DNA of 64,000 bases from contig CALVUI010000001.1 of NCBI GenBank assembly GCA_944363565.1, positions 408,075 to 472,074 on the forward strand, written 5' to 3'. Positions 9,277-17,078 of this stretch are shown here, piece after piece. Source of the stretch: an uncultured Bacilli bacterium. GTDB taxonomy: Bacteria > Bacillota_I > Bacilli_A > RFN20 > CAG-826. A program made the position numbers and the translations under genes. The notes below the pieces were generated by a model, which did not search any database, had not been told where the DNA came from, and saw nothing but the letters and a program-made list of their open reading frames with translations. The stretch's first letter is position 1. Each line of letters begins with the position of its first letter.

Positions 9277-9741
9277 CTATTCCCCTTTCGCGAGAGAGGA
9301 GGCCAGTTCCTCGAAGTCTTCGCCTTCACTAACGTAGGCTTCGTAGGTTTCCTTCTTCCAGATCTCGAAGTGGTCGAGGGCCCCGAGCAAGAGGGCTTCC
9401 TTTTCGAGTCCGAGCTTTTCGAGCAGTTCCTTCCGGATGGCCAGGCGTCCGTGTCCGTCGACCTCGAGCTTTTCGGCGCTCCCGAAGGATAAACGCAAGA
9501 GCTTCCGGGCTTTGGGATCGAGGAAGTCGTAGGCTTCGAACTTTTCGACGAGGGCGTCGAAGGCGGCAGCGGGATAGACGGAGAGGCAACCTTCGTAACC
9601 ACGCATGAGATAGTAGGGCCCCTTCTCCTCGCCGACTAGGCGCGGCGGGAGCTGGAGGCGTCCCTTCTCATCGAGGGTCCGGTTGTAGGTTCCGATGAAT
9701 TTTCCCACTTTTTCCCACCTGACGCATAGAGGATAAACCAT
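9277..9741 (-). CDS. mraZ: Transcriptional regulator MraZ. The ORF-track start at 9741 is probably too long; the likely true start is GTG at about 9708.
   Basis: Duplicated MraZ-type motif (LDEKGRLQLP ... VDGHGRLAIR). The first 11 codons overlap two perfect GTGGGAAAA direct repeats, the MraZ box. Confidence 0.8.
   Translation of the reverse strand: MVYPLCVRWEKVGKFIGTYNRTLDEKGRLQLPPRLVGEEKGPYYLMRGYEGCLSVYPAAAFDALVEKFEAYDFLDPKARKLLRLSFGSAEKLEVDGHGRLAIRKELLEKLGLEKEALLLGALDHFEIWKKETYEAYVSEGEDFEELASSLAKGE
9700..9718 (-). promoter_or_regulatory. Two direct repeats GTGGGAAAA with 10-bp phasing, a candidate MraZ operator
   Basis: Minus strand GGTGGGAAAAAGTGGGAAAATTC. This matches the GTGGG-type MraZ-binding repeats found upstream of mraZ in other bacteria. 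Confidence 0.45.
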
Positions 9742-9898
9742 CGTAGGGGCTTTGGGTAGGGGCTAGTTGGGGAAAAATCAACTCTTTTCGACAAAATTAA
9801 CGAGCAACGTGAAAAATTACATATTAGTAGTTATTTGGTAGTTTTCCGTTATATATAAATACTTTGTATTTAAAATCATCAATCGAACTGGGTCACCA

Positions 9899-9926
9899 AA
9901 AGAAAAGCGACCGCTTCGACGGTCGC
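9899..9926 (-). terminator. Rho-independent terminator downstream of the DUF177-like gene, upstream of the mraZ promoter region
   Basis: Minus strand GCGACCG-tcgaag-CGGTCGC followed by TTTTCTTTT. Confidence 0.55.
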
Positions 9927-9948
9927 CTGTCCTCTTTTTGGTACGCTT

Positions 9949-10416
9949 TCAGATCTTGTCCTCGAGAATGTCGAAGGGCGAAGGACCAGCTTCCCCTTCT
10001 TCCCCGGCATCGACCTGTTCGACCCCTTCGGGCAACTGGCTCCCGGGTCTAAGGATCTTCATCGGTAGGAGGCTATGGAGCATCCGTAAAGCCAGGTCAT
10101 CGAGGTCGATGGTCGGCCCGGGCAAGATATAGCCCTCCCCGATCTCGTCTTCTTCCTCGAGGATGTCGGCCTCATCGAAGAAGGCAATGGTGCTGAGGAA
10201 ACGGACCCCGTCGTAGCTATCCTCCAAGACGACGTCGGCTTCGACGTCCATCTCGACGTGGGGATATTCGTCCCGGCGGTAGGCCTCGCCCTTGTAGGTC
10301 AGACGCTTGACTTCGATGATGGGATAAGGGGTTTTGTATTCCCCGATGTCCCCGCCTTCCCGGCTGAAGGAAAGGCGCCGGCCCTTGGCGAGGGCGCTTT
10401 TGGCGAGTTTGTTCAT
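9949..10416 (-). CDS. Acidic DUF177 (YceD)-like protein lacking the usual Cys cluster
   Basis: 155 aa with a C-terminal pattern (IDLDDLALRMLHSLLPMKIL...SPFDILEDKI) that resembles DUF177 proteins. Its start overlaps the pheT stop by 4 nt. Confidence 0.4.
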   Translation of the reverse strand: MNKLAKSALAKGRRLSFSREGGDIGEYKTPYPIIEVKRLTYKGEAYRRDEYPHVEMDVEADVVLEDSYDGVRFLSTIAFFDEADILEEEDEIGEGYILPGPTIDLDDLALRMLHSLLPMKILRPGSQLPEGVEQVDAGEEGEAGPSPFDILEDKI

Positions 10417-12815
10417 GAACGGACCTCGGCCCCGAGGCGGAGCAAAGCCGCTTCGGCCTTCTGCATGGCTTCGGCCGCTTCCTCTTCCCTTAGGGTCTTG
10501 GTTTCGTCATAGAGGAAGAAGCAAAGGGCGACGCTCTTCTTGCCTTCGGGCAAGCCTTTCCCTTCGTAGACGTCGAAGACCTCGGCCTCCTTGATGAGGG
10601 CGGAAGCCTTCTTGGCGGCCGTTAGGAGCGAGGCCGCACTCACCTTCTCGTCGATGAGGAGGGAGAGGTCGCGCCTGATCTTCGGGAAGCGCGGGGGCAC
10701 GGCGGCCTTCTTGTTCCCGGTCGGGACCTCGAGGAGGGCCTTGAGGTCGAGTTCGAGCAAAGCGGCCGGGGTCTTGCCGAGGCCATAACGGTCCCGGGCC
10801 TTGGGATGGGGTTCCCCGAAGACGCCGACCGTTTTCTTTCCGAGACTCACCTTGACCGAACGGTAGGGATGGAAGTCCTCTCCGGCTTCGTCCTTGCTCA
10901 AAGGAGCGATGGCTAGACGCGAAGGGGTGATTCCGAGTATTCCGAGGATGGCCTCGAAGAGCCCTTTGACGTAGTAGAAGTCATAGGGCCTCCTCTTGAG
11001 GCGTCCCATCAGGTGTTCTTCACCGAGGGCCACGATGGCAAGGTGCTCCCCTTGGTAATTCACCCCATCGATGTCACTGACTTCGAAAAGGGCGAAGTCC
11101 TCGTTTTGGTGGCTGAGGTTGTAGGAAGCGCTGAGCAAGAGGCTCGGCAAAAGGCTTTTCCTTAGGAATTTGCGTTCCGGCGAAAGGGGATTGAGGAGGC
11201 TATAGGACTCCTTGGCCCCGAAATAGGCATAGTCGTCCTTTTCCTTTTCCCCGACGAGACTATAGGTCAAGGCTTCGATCAAACCCCTGGAAGTGAGGAA
11301 GTTCCGGATCGAGCGGCGCTTCTGCTGGTAGGGGGTCAGACCTCCGAGGCTCAGTTCCATCTTCGGGAAGGTCGACTTGATGGCGTCATAACCTAGGAGC
11401 CTGATCACTTCCTCGGAAAGGTCGCAGGCCTCCTTGAGGTCGAGACGGTAGGACGGGACGATGGCCTTGAGGCCCGATCCATCCTTTTCGATCTCCAAAC
11501 CGTCCCTCTTGAGGAGGGCGACGATCTCTTCTTCCAATATATCGGTCCCCAGCCTCTTGTTGATATAGTCGGAAGTGAATGGGATGACGGTCTTTTCTCT
11601 GCCAATTTCGTCGTAAGTGTTGGGCTTCGAGATTTCCTTGGCTTCGCAGAGTTCCTTGAAGAGGGTGGCGACGTAACCCAAGGTCCTTTCGGCCCTCGTC
11701 GGATCGATGCCGCGGACGAAGCGGGTCGAAGAGTCGCTCGAAAGGCCGAGGGTCACGGTTGCCCGCCTGATGGCGACCCCGTCGAAATAGGCGCATTCGA
11801 CGAGGACGTTCTTGGTCTTTTCGTCGACCCTGGCCTCGTCGCTGGTGAGAATGCCGGCCAAACAGGCGAGGTTGTTCTCCTCGTCGTAGATCCCGATTTC
11901 CTTCCCGGAAAGTTCGTAGGTCTTCTCGTCCATTCCCTTCCATGGTCCCGGGGTAGCGAGCTTGGCAGTCAGACTCTTACCCTTGACCTTGTCGGCGTCG
12001 TACATGTTGAGGGGCCGGCCGGTTAGGAGCATCACGTAGTTACCGATATCGACGATTTTGTCGATGGAGCGGATGCCGCTGCCCTCGAGGCGCCTTCTTA
12101 GCCATAAGGGCGAAGGCCCGTTTTCGAGGCCCCGGACCTCGATGAGGGAGAACTGCGGACAAAGCGGGGTCTCGCTCTTGGGGGCGTAGGCGGTCTCGAA
12201 GGTCCCTTCGAGGGTCTTGGTTTCTTCCTTGAAGGGGCGCTCGAAGAGGACGCTTAATTCCCGGGCAACGTTTTCGACCGAGAGGATGTCGGGGCGGCTC
12301 GGAAGAACCGAGAGTTCGAGGACGGTGTCATCGAGGCCGAGGAAGGAAAGGACCTCTTCGTCCCCGGGTTTCGCCTCTTTAGGCAATTCCTCGATCCCGG
12401 CGATCTGCTTTTCGCTCAGGTATTTGCGGTCGACCCCCAGCTCCAGCAAAGAGCAGCACATGCCGTCGCTTTCGATGCCCTTGATGGTCCCCTTTTCGAT
12501 TTTCTTGTCCTCGGCCAAGACGGCGCCCGGACGGGCGACGATGACCTTGAGGCCGGCTCTGGCATTGGGAGCCCCGCAGACGATCTGGACGATCCCGTAC
12601 TTGTTTCCTTCGTCGACCTGAAGGAGGTGGAGGTGGTCGCTGCCCTCGACCGGGGAGCACTGCAAAATCTCCCCGACCACGAGGTTGGTGCCGGTGGCTA
12701 GATGGGTCAGGCCCTCGCATTCGACCCCGGCGGAAGTGAGTTTTTCGGCCGCTTCCTCGGGGCTGATGCCCGTGAGGTCGACCATGGTCTTGAGCCAATT
12801 GAAAGATACCTTCAT
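10413..12815 (-). CDS. pheT: Phenylalanine--tRNA ligase beta subunit
   Basis: Canonical N-terminus MKVSFNWLK at Met25 of the listed ORF, with AAGGAG 7 nt upstream. Contains tRNA-binding, B3/B4, B5 and anticodon-binding regions. Confidence 0.9.
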   Translation of the reverse strand: MKVSFNWLKTMVDLTGISPEEAAEKLTSAGVECEGLTHLATGTNLVVGEILQCSPVEGSDHLHLLQVDEGNKYGIVQIVCGAPNARAGLKVIVARPGAVLAEDKKIEKGTIKGIESDGMCCSLLELGVDRKYLSEKQIAGIEELPKEAKPGDEEVLSFLGLDDTVLELSVLPSRPDILSVENVARELSVLFERPFKEETKTLEGTFETAYAPKSETPLCPQFSLIEVRGLENGPSPLWLRRRLEGSGIRSIDKIVDIGNYVMLLTGRPLNMYDADKVKGKSLTAKLATPGPWKGMDEKTYELSGKEIGIYDEENNLACLAGILTSDEARVDEKTKNVLVECAYFDGVAIRRATVTLGLSSDSSTRFVRGIDPTRAERTLGYVATLFKELCEAKEISKPNTYDEIGREKTVIPFTSDYINKRLGTDILEEEIVALLKRDGLEIEKDGSGLKAIVPSYRLDLKEACDLSEEVIRLLGYDAIKSTFPKMELSLGGLTPYQQKRRSIRNFLTSRGLIEALTYSLVGEKEKDDYAYFGAKESYSLLNPLSPERKFLRKSLLPSLLLSASYNLSHQNEDFALFEVSDIDGVNYQGEHLAIVALGEEHLMGRLKRRPYDFYYVKGLFEAILGILGITPSRLAIAPLSKDEAGEDFHPYRSVKVSLGKKTVGVFGEPHPKARDRYGLGKTPAALLELDLKALLEVPTGNKKAAVPPRFPKIRRDLSLLIDEKVSAASLLTAAKKASALIKEAEVFDVYEGKGLPEGKKSVALCFFLYDETKTLREEEAAEAMQKAEAALLRLGAEVRS

Positions 12816-12825
12816 CGTAGTTCTC

Positions 12826-13848
12826 CTAGAACGATTTGAGGAAGCGGACGTCGTTTTGGTAGAAACGCCTGATGTCGTCGATGCCATAACGGAGCATCGC
12901 GACCCTCTCGATCCCGACCCCGAAGGCGAAGCCGCTATAGACGTCGGGGTCGTAGCCCCCGTGCCTTAGGACCGCGGGATGGACCTCCCCGGCCCCGAGG
13001 ATCTCGATGTAGCCGGTCCCCTTGCACATCTGGCAGCCCTTGCCACCGCACTTGGCGCAGCTGACGTCGACTTCGACGCTCGGCTCCGTGAAGGGGAAGT
13101 AGGAACTGCGGAAGCGGATGCTCCGCTTCTCCCCGAACATCCGTTTCACGAAGAGCTCGAGGGTCCCCTTGAGGTCGGCCATCGAGATGTCCTTCCCGAT
13201 CAAAAGGCCTTCGATCTGGCCGAACTGGTGGCTATGGGTCGGATCGTCGTCGTCTCGACGATAGGTCTTGCCCGGGCAGATCATCTTGATCGGGCCCTTG
13301 TCAAACTTTTCCTGCATCGCGTGGGCCTGCTCGGCGCTGGTTTGGGTCCGTAGCAAGAGACCCCCCTGTTCCAGATAGAAGGTGTCCTGCATTTCCCGGG
13401 CCGGATGGTCCTTGGGGACGTTAAGATAAGTGAAATTGTAGTCCTCGGTCTCGACGTCCCGCCCTTCCTTGACCTCGAAGCCGAGGTCGGCGAAGATGGC
13501 GGTCACCTCGTCGATGATGAGGTGGTAGGGATGGCGGTACCCTTGACGGAACTCATAACCCGGCAAACTGAGGTCGATGGCCTCTTCCTTTAATTTTTGC
13601 TCCAGGGCTTCCTTTTCAAGTTCGGTCTTCTTCTGGTTATAGGCCCCCTCGACTTCGTTGCGTAGCCCATTTATTTTGGCCCCGTAGGCCCCTCTTTCGG
13701 CGGGATCGAGGTCCTTGATGCGGGCCATGAGGGCGGCCACGCTGCCCTTTTTCCCCAGATACGAGATCCTCACCTCCTCGAGGCTTTTGAGATCCTTGCT
13801 ATCTCCGATGGCCTTCAAGGCCGCTTCTCTGATTTCCTTTTCTTCCAT
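12826..13848 (-). CDS. pheS: Phenylalanine--tRNA ligase alpha subunit
   Basis: 340 aa class II aaRS core (FRPSYFPFTEPS, GFAFGVGIERVAMLRYGI). Confidence 0.9.
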   Translation of the reverse strand: MEEKEIREAALKAIGDSKDLKSLEEVRISYLGKKGSVAALMARIKDLDPAERGAYGAKINGLRNEVEGAYNQKKTELEKEALEQKLKEEAIDLSLPGYEFRQGYRHPYHLIIDEVTAIFADLGFEVKEGRDVETEDYNFTYLNVPKDHPAREMQDTFYLEQGGLLLRTQTSAEQAHAMQEKFDKGPIKMICPGKTYRRDDDDPTHSHQFGQIEGLLIGKDISMADLKGTLELFVKRMFGEKRSIRFRSSYFPFTEPSVEVDVSCAKCGGKGCQMCKGTGYIEILGAGEVHPAVLRHGGYDPDVYSGFAFGVGIERVAMLRYGIDDIRRFYQNDVRFLKSF

Positions 13849-14100
13849 AGCGCTCCCAATAAAAAAGACGGCCCAGGAACGGATTGATCCGCGGTGCCAT
13901 CCTGCTTCCCCGCCTTATTGGCGGGACTCTCTAGGGCCTTAACGGGGCCGGCGCCCGTCTCTCGGCGGGACCCTCCGGGGCGAACTTTCGCCGGCTTCTT
14001 CGGGGGCGGTTCCACTCTCTGCCCCTCCCTAGGACCGAAGACACGGTTACTCTTCCCTTTCAACGGGTAAACCAATGTTAGGACAATTGAGAAGAAAAGG
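13849..14100 (-). promoter_or_regulatory. T-box riboswitch leader of pheST (cis-regulatory RNA)
   Basis: On the minus strand: AGAGAG (stem I AG-box), UUC specifier candidate (AAAGUUCG), T-box core GGAUGGCACCGCGG (plus 13889-13902), then a U-tract GUCUUUUUU, the SD GGGAG and the ATG. Confidence 0.6.
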
Positions 14101-14106
14101 CTAGAA

Positions 14107-14133
14107 AAAGGGGCCCATAGGCCCCTCTATCAA
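14107..14133 (-). terminator. Rho-independent terminator downstream of the TrmH-family gene
   Basis: Minus strand GGGGCC-tat-GGCCCC followed by TTTTTCT. Confidence 0.5.
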
Positions 14134-14167
14134 GAATATCCGGAACAAGAAACTCCTAAGAACGAAC

Positions 14168-14893
14168 TTACTTCCCCTCCGCGTAGTGGTGCATGGCGAT
14201 GCCCCCGGCCACCGCGACGTTGAGGGAGTCGATGTCCTTCATGGCGATGAAGCTACGGTAATCGGCCCGCTTGAGGAAGGCTTCGTCGACCCCCCGGCCT
14301 TCGTTCCCGAGGACCAAGGCCAGTTTCCGTTCCCCTTGGTAGACGTGTCCTTCCATCGGCTGGCCCCTGAGGTCGGTCGCCACCACGTAATAGGGTTTCA
14401 GGATCTCGAGGGCTTCTTCCCTGCTCGCCTTTTCCTTGAGGTTGAGTTGGAACAAGGCCCCTTGGCTGGCCAAGAGGACCTTGGAGCCATAGGCGGAGGC
14501 GCTTCCCTGAACCGAAAGGACGTCGCGGAAGCCAAAGGCCAGGGCGGTCCTCAGAAGCGTCCCGACGTTCCCGGGGTCCTGGACCCCGTCGATGATTAGA
14601 AGCCGATTGGAAGTGAGGGGCCCGAAGGGCTTCTTCCGGCAAAGGGCGACGATCCCTTCCGGGGTCACCGAGGAGGAAAGGCGCTTGAGGACCGCTTCGG
14701 AAATGAGGGTGACGGGAACCTCCTTCACCGGATAGGGCTTGGTGGCGTAAATCGCCTCGGCGTACCCGTGTTTATAGGCTTCCTCGACCAGATGGAAACC
14801 TTCGACTAGATAAAGCTCGCCCTTCCCGTCCTTGAGGCGGACGAGGTCCTTGATCTTCTGATTGCTGGGGCTATTGATCGTTTCCATAGGCAT
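14168..14893 (-). CDS. TrmH/SpoU-family RNA 2'-O-methyltransferase (YsgA-like)
   Basis: SpoU methylase motifs (LVLGNEGRGV). It occupies the ysgA position of the Bacillus ysgA-pheS-pheT cluster. Confidence 0.8.
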   Translation of the reverse strand: MPMETINSPSNQKIKDLVRLKDGKGELYLVEGFHLVEEAYKHGYAEAIYATKPYPVKEVPVTLISEAVLKRLSSSVTPEGIVALCRKKPFGPLTSNRLLIIDGVQDPGNVGTLLRTALAFGFRDVLSVQGSASAYGSKVLLASQGALFQLNLKEKASREEALEILKPYYVVATDLRGQPMEGHVYQGERKLALVLGNEGRGVDEAFLKRADYRSFIAMKDIDSLNVAVAGGIAMHHYAEGK

Positions 14894-15452
14894 ATTCGTG
14901 TTTGATGAGGGCCTTCCGGCACCTTTGGTAATCTGGGCAGAGGGCGTAGAGGCGCTTGTAGAAGTCCTCCCCGTGGTTTTGGACGTAGAAGTGGGTCAAT
15001 TCGTGAAGGATGACCGAATCGATGACGTGGGGGCTATAGGAAGAGAGGGAGAGGGCGAAGGTCAGTTTTCTCTTCCGGAAGTCGTTGACCCCGTAACGGG
15101 TCTTCATGTCGCGGATCTTGACTTCGATCGGCCCGTAGAGGCGGGCGTACCTCGCTAATTCCTTGACCCGGCCCTGGAGGTAGCCACTTAGGACTTCGCG
15201 CCTGACCCCTTCCTCGTCCTCGGGTCTTTCCTTCATCTTCCCCAAGAGGTAAAAGGGTTCTTCACTTACCCTCTTCCCCTTTTCGATGAGGTTGTGGATG
15301 GCCCTATCGTGGGCTCTTATGACCCCACGGACCTCGGCCTCGCTGCTAGTATAGGGAACCCGGGCCACCAAGACGCCGCGCTTATGGTCGTAGGCAAAGG
15401 AGTAGTTCTTCTTGCCGCGCAGGCGATGGATTTCTAATACGGGGGCGTCCAC
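14871..15452 (-). CDS. SprT-like zinc metalloprotease-family protein
   Basis: HELTHF (HExxH) motif followed by a Cys-rich C-terminus (CPDYQRCRK). Confidence 0.7.
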   Translation of the reverse strand: MDAPVLEIHRLRGKKNYSFAYDHKRGVLVARVPYTSSEAEVRGVIRAHDRAIHNLIEKGKRVSEEPFYLLGKMKERPEDEEGVRREVLSGYLQGRVKELARYARLYGPIEVKIRDMKTRYGVNDFRKRKLTFALSLSSYSPHVIDSVILHELTHFYVQNHGEDFYKRLYALCPDYQRCRKALIKHEYAYGNDQ

Positions 15453-15503
15453 CCCGCCATTATGATAGAAAAAGCCCCTCTACGATAGTAATATTGGGCC
15501 GTT

Positions 15504-16076
15504 ATGGAAAAAATCCTCGTCTCGGCTTGCCTTTACGGAACCAAATGCCGCTACGACGGGAAGGACAACACCTCTCCCTTCCTCGTCGACGTCCTTTCGA
15601 AGCACTATGACCTCGTGGCCTATTGCCCGGAGGTCGAAGGGGGCCTCCCCATTCCCCGCCACCCGGCCGAAATCCAAAAAGACGGCCATGTCGTGAACGA
15701 CATCGGCGAGGACGTGACGAAAAACTACGAGGAAGGGGCCAAGAAGGCCCTGACCCTCTGCCGCTACTACGGCATCAAGATCGCCATCCTCAAGGACGGC
15801 TCCCCGGCCTGCGGACCCCGGAAGATCCACGACGGGAGCTTCAAGGGCAACAAGATCGACGGGCTGGGCGTGACTGCACGGTTACTGATCGCCAACGGGA
15901 TCAAGGTCTATGCCGAAACCGATGCCCTCAACTTCCTGATTCCCGAGGACAAGGAAGGGAAGAAACATGAAGAAGGGGTCTACGTCAGTGCCGCCGAACC
16001 CAAGAAGAAACCGCGTTATGGCTTCAAGAAAAGAAGGTCCTTCGACAAGAAACGTTCCTTCAAGGGGAAGAGATAG
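15504..16076 (+). CDS. DUF523 (TudS-like, putative Fe-S thiouracil desulfidase family) protein with a Lys/Arg-rich C-terminal tail
   Basis: N-terminal ACLYGTKCRYDG and a later GSPACG Cys triad typical of DUF523. The 30-residue basic tail (KKKPRYGFKKRRSFDKKRSFKGKR) is unusual. Confidence 0.65.
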   Translation: MEKILVSACLYGTKCRYDGKDNTSPFLVDVLSKHYDLVAYCPEVEGGLPIPRHPAEIQKDGHVVNDIGEDVTKNYEEGAKKALTLCRYYGIKIAILKDGSPACGPRKIHDGSFKGNKIDGLGVTARLLIANGIKVYAETDALNFLIPEDKEGKKHEEGVYVSAAEPKKKPRYGFKKRRSFDKKRSFKGKR

Positions 16077-16632
16077 GATCCTAAAGCTGACCCTGGCGGC
16101 CGTCCTGGCCGCTTTTTCCTATGTCGTCAGCGCCTTCCTCCCCATCCCCTATCCCGGCGGGGCCGGCTACTTCTCCTTCGGGGACGCGGTCAACATCCTT
16201 TCCGCCATGCTCCTTGGCCCCTACCTCGGGGCGGCGGTCGGGGCCCTGGCCGGTCTTTTCTCAGATTTGACGGCCGGCTACCTGGTTTTCATCCCCTTCA
16301 CCTTGGGCGCCAAGGCGGCCATGGGCCTTCTCGTCGGCTTTCTCTGGAAGCAAAGGAAGACCTGGCTCAGGTTCTTGGGTCTGGGCTTAGGACCCCTAGC
16401 CATGGTCTTGGTCTACGCGCACTCCTATTACGTCTACTATGGACTCCCCGGCCTCTGGTCTTGTCTATTTGATTTGGCCCAGGGCTATGGCGGCGCGGTC
16501 ATCGCCTATTTCGCCTATTTGATCCTAAAGAAAACCGGCCTCGCGGGCCGGCTTATCGACCTAGAAGACCCCGTTGGCCTCCAGGAAGTAGATGACGACG
16601 ATGGCCAGGACGAACATCAGGACGTAACCTAG
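16018..16632 (+). CDS. ECF-transporter substrate-specific (S) component-like membrane protein
   Basis: About six TM helices, Gly-rich, consistent with a small vitamin/precursor S-component. The start is uncertain: the ATG at 16018 overlaps the DUF523 tail in another frame. Confidence 0.5.
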   Translation: MASRKEGPSTRNVPSRGRDRILKLTLAAVLAAFSYVVSAFLPIPYPGGAGYFSFGDAVNILSAMLLGPYLGAAVGALAGLFSDLTAGYLVFIPFTLGAKAAMGLLVGFLWKQRKTWLRFLGLGLGPLAMVLVYAHSYYVYYGLPGLWSCLFDLAQGYGGAVIAYFAYLILKKTGLAGRLIDLEDPVGLQEVDDDDGQDEHQDVT

Positions 16633-16791
16633 GATCATCAGGACCTTTTCGTAGGGCTTGAGGCGGAAGCGCTTCTCGCTTTCCTCCTTCCTCAACTGCC
16701 CTTCCTTGCTATAGGCCGAGACGATGGGGCTTTCGTCCCTTTTGGCTTCCTCTTCCTTCTTCCCGACCTTCTTACCGCCGAGGCGCGCCAT
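16561..16791 (-). CDS. Small membrane protein with a basic N-terminus and one TM helix
   Basis: 76 aa. Its start is tightly coupled to the stop of the upstream 82-aa ORF. The 3' end overlaps the ECF gene end convergently. Confidence 0.3.
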   Translation of the reverse strand: MARLGGKKVGKKEEEAKRDESPIVSAYSKEGQLRKEESEKRFRLKPYEKVLMILGYVLMFVLAIVVIYFLEANGVF

Positions 16792-17040
16792 CTAGTGGGG
16801 ATGGTGGGTCGGGCCTTGGTCGTAGCTTTTCTTCTCGCTCCAAAGGAGGAAGAAGACGAGCCAGAGGACCAGGCAGAGGGCCCAGACCGGGATCAGGCAG
16901 GCCCCGGGGACGCTGAGGTCCGGCCGCCCGTAAAGGGGACCGCAGAGGAGGGCGGTCGAAATGGTGAGACTCACCAAGAAGAGGTAGAAGAAGATGTTGC
17001 CGAGCAACGATTTCTTGAAATTCTTCGGATTATTTTCCAT
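16792..17040 (-). CDS. Small two-TM membrane protein
   Basis: 82 aa, directly downstream of the amylase gene on the same strand. Confidence 0.35.
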   Translation of the reverse strand: MENNPKNFKKSLLGNIFFYLFLVSLTISTALLCGPLYGRPDLSVPGACLIPVWALCLVLWLVFFLLWSEKKSYDQGPTHHPH

Positions 17041-17078
17041 AAACCTATGGTAGAGGATTGTTGTCTCCTTGCCTAGAC

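Noticed and set aside
12816-12887. 24-codon N-terminal extension of pheT
   Set aside because: The canonical MKVSFNWLK start with a proper SD is at 12815. The extension would overlap the pheS 3' end.
13815-14075. 86-aa ORF on the minus strand upstream of pheS
   Set aside because: It sits inside the T-box leader RNA and has a Pro/Gly/Lys-rich spurious translation. The region is better explained as a riboswitch.
16561-17040. Holin/antiholin-like pair interpretation of the two small membrane proteins
   Set aside because: There is no adjacent endolysin, phage structural gene or integrase, and the pair is embedded in a carbohydrate-utilisation operon.
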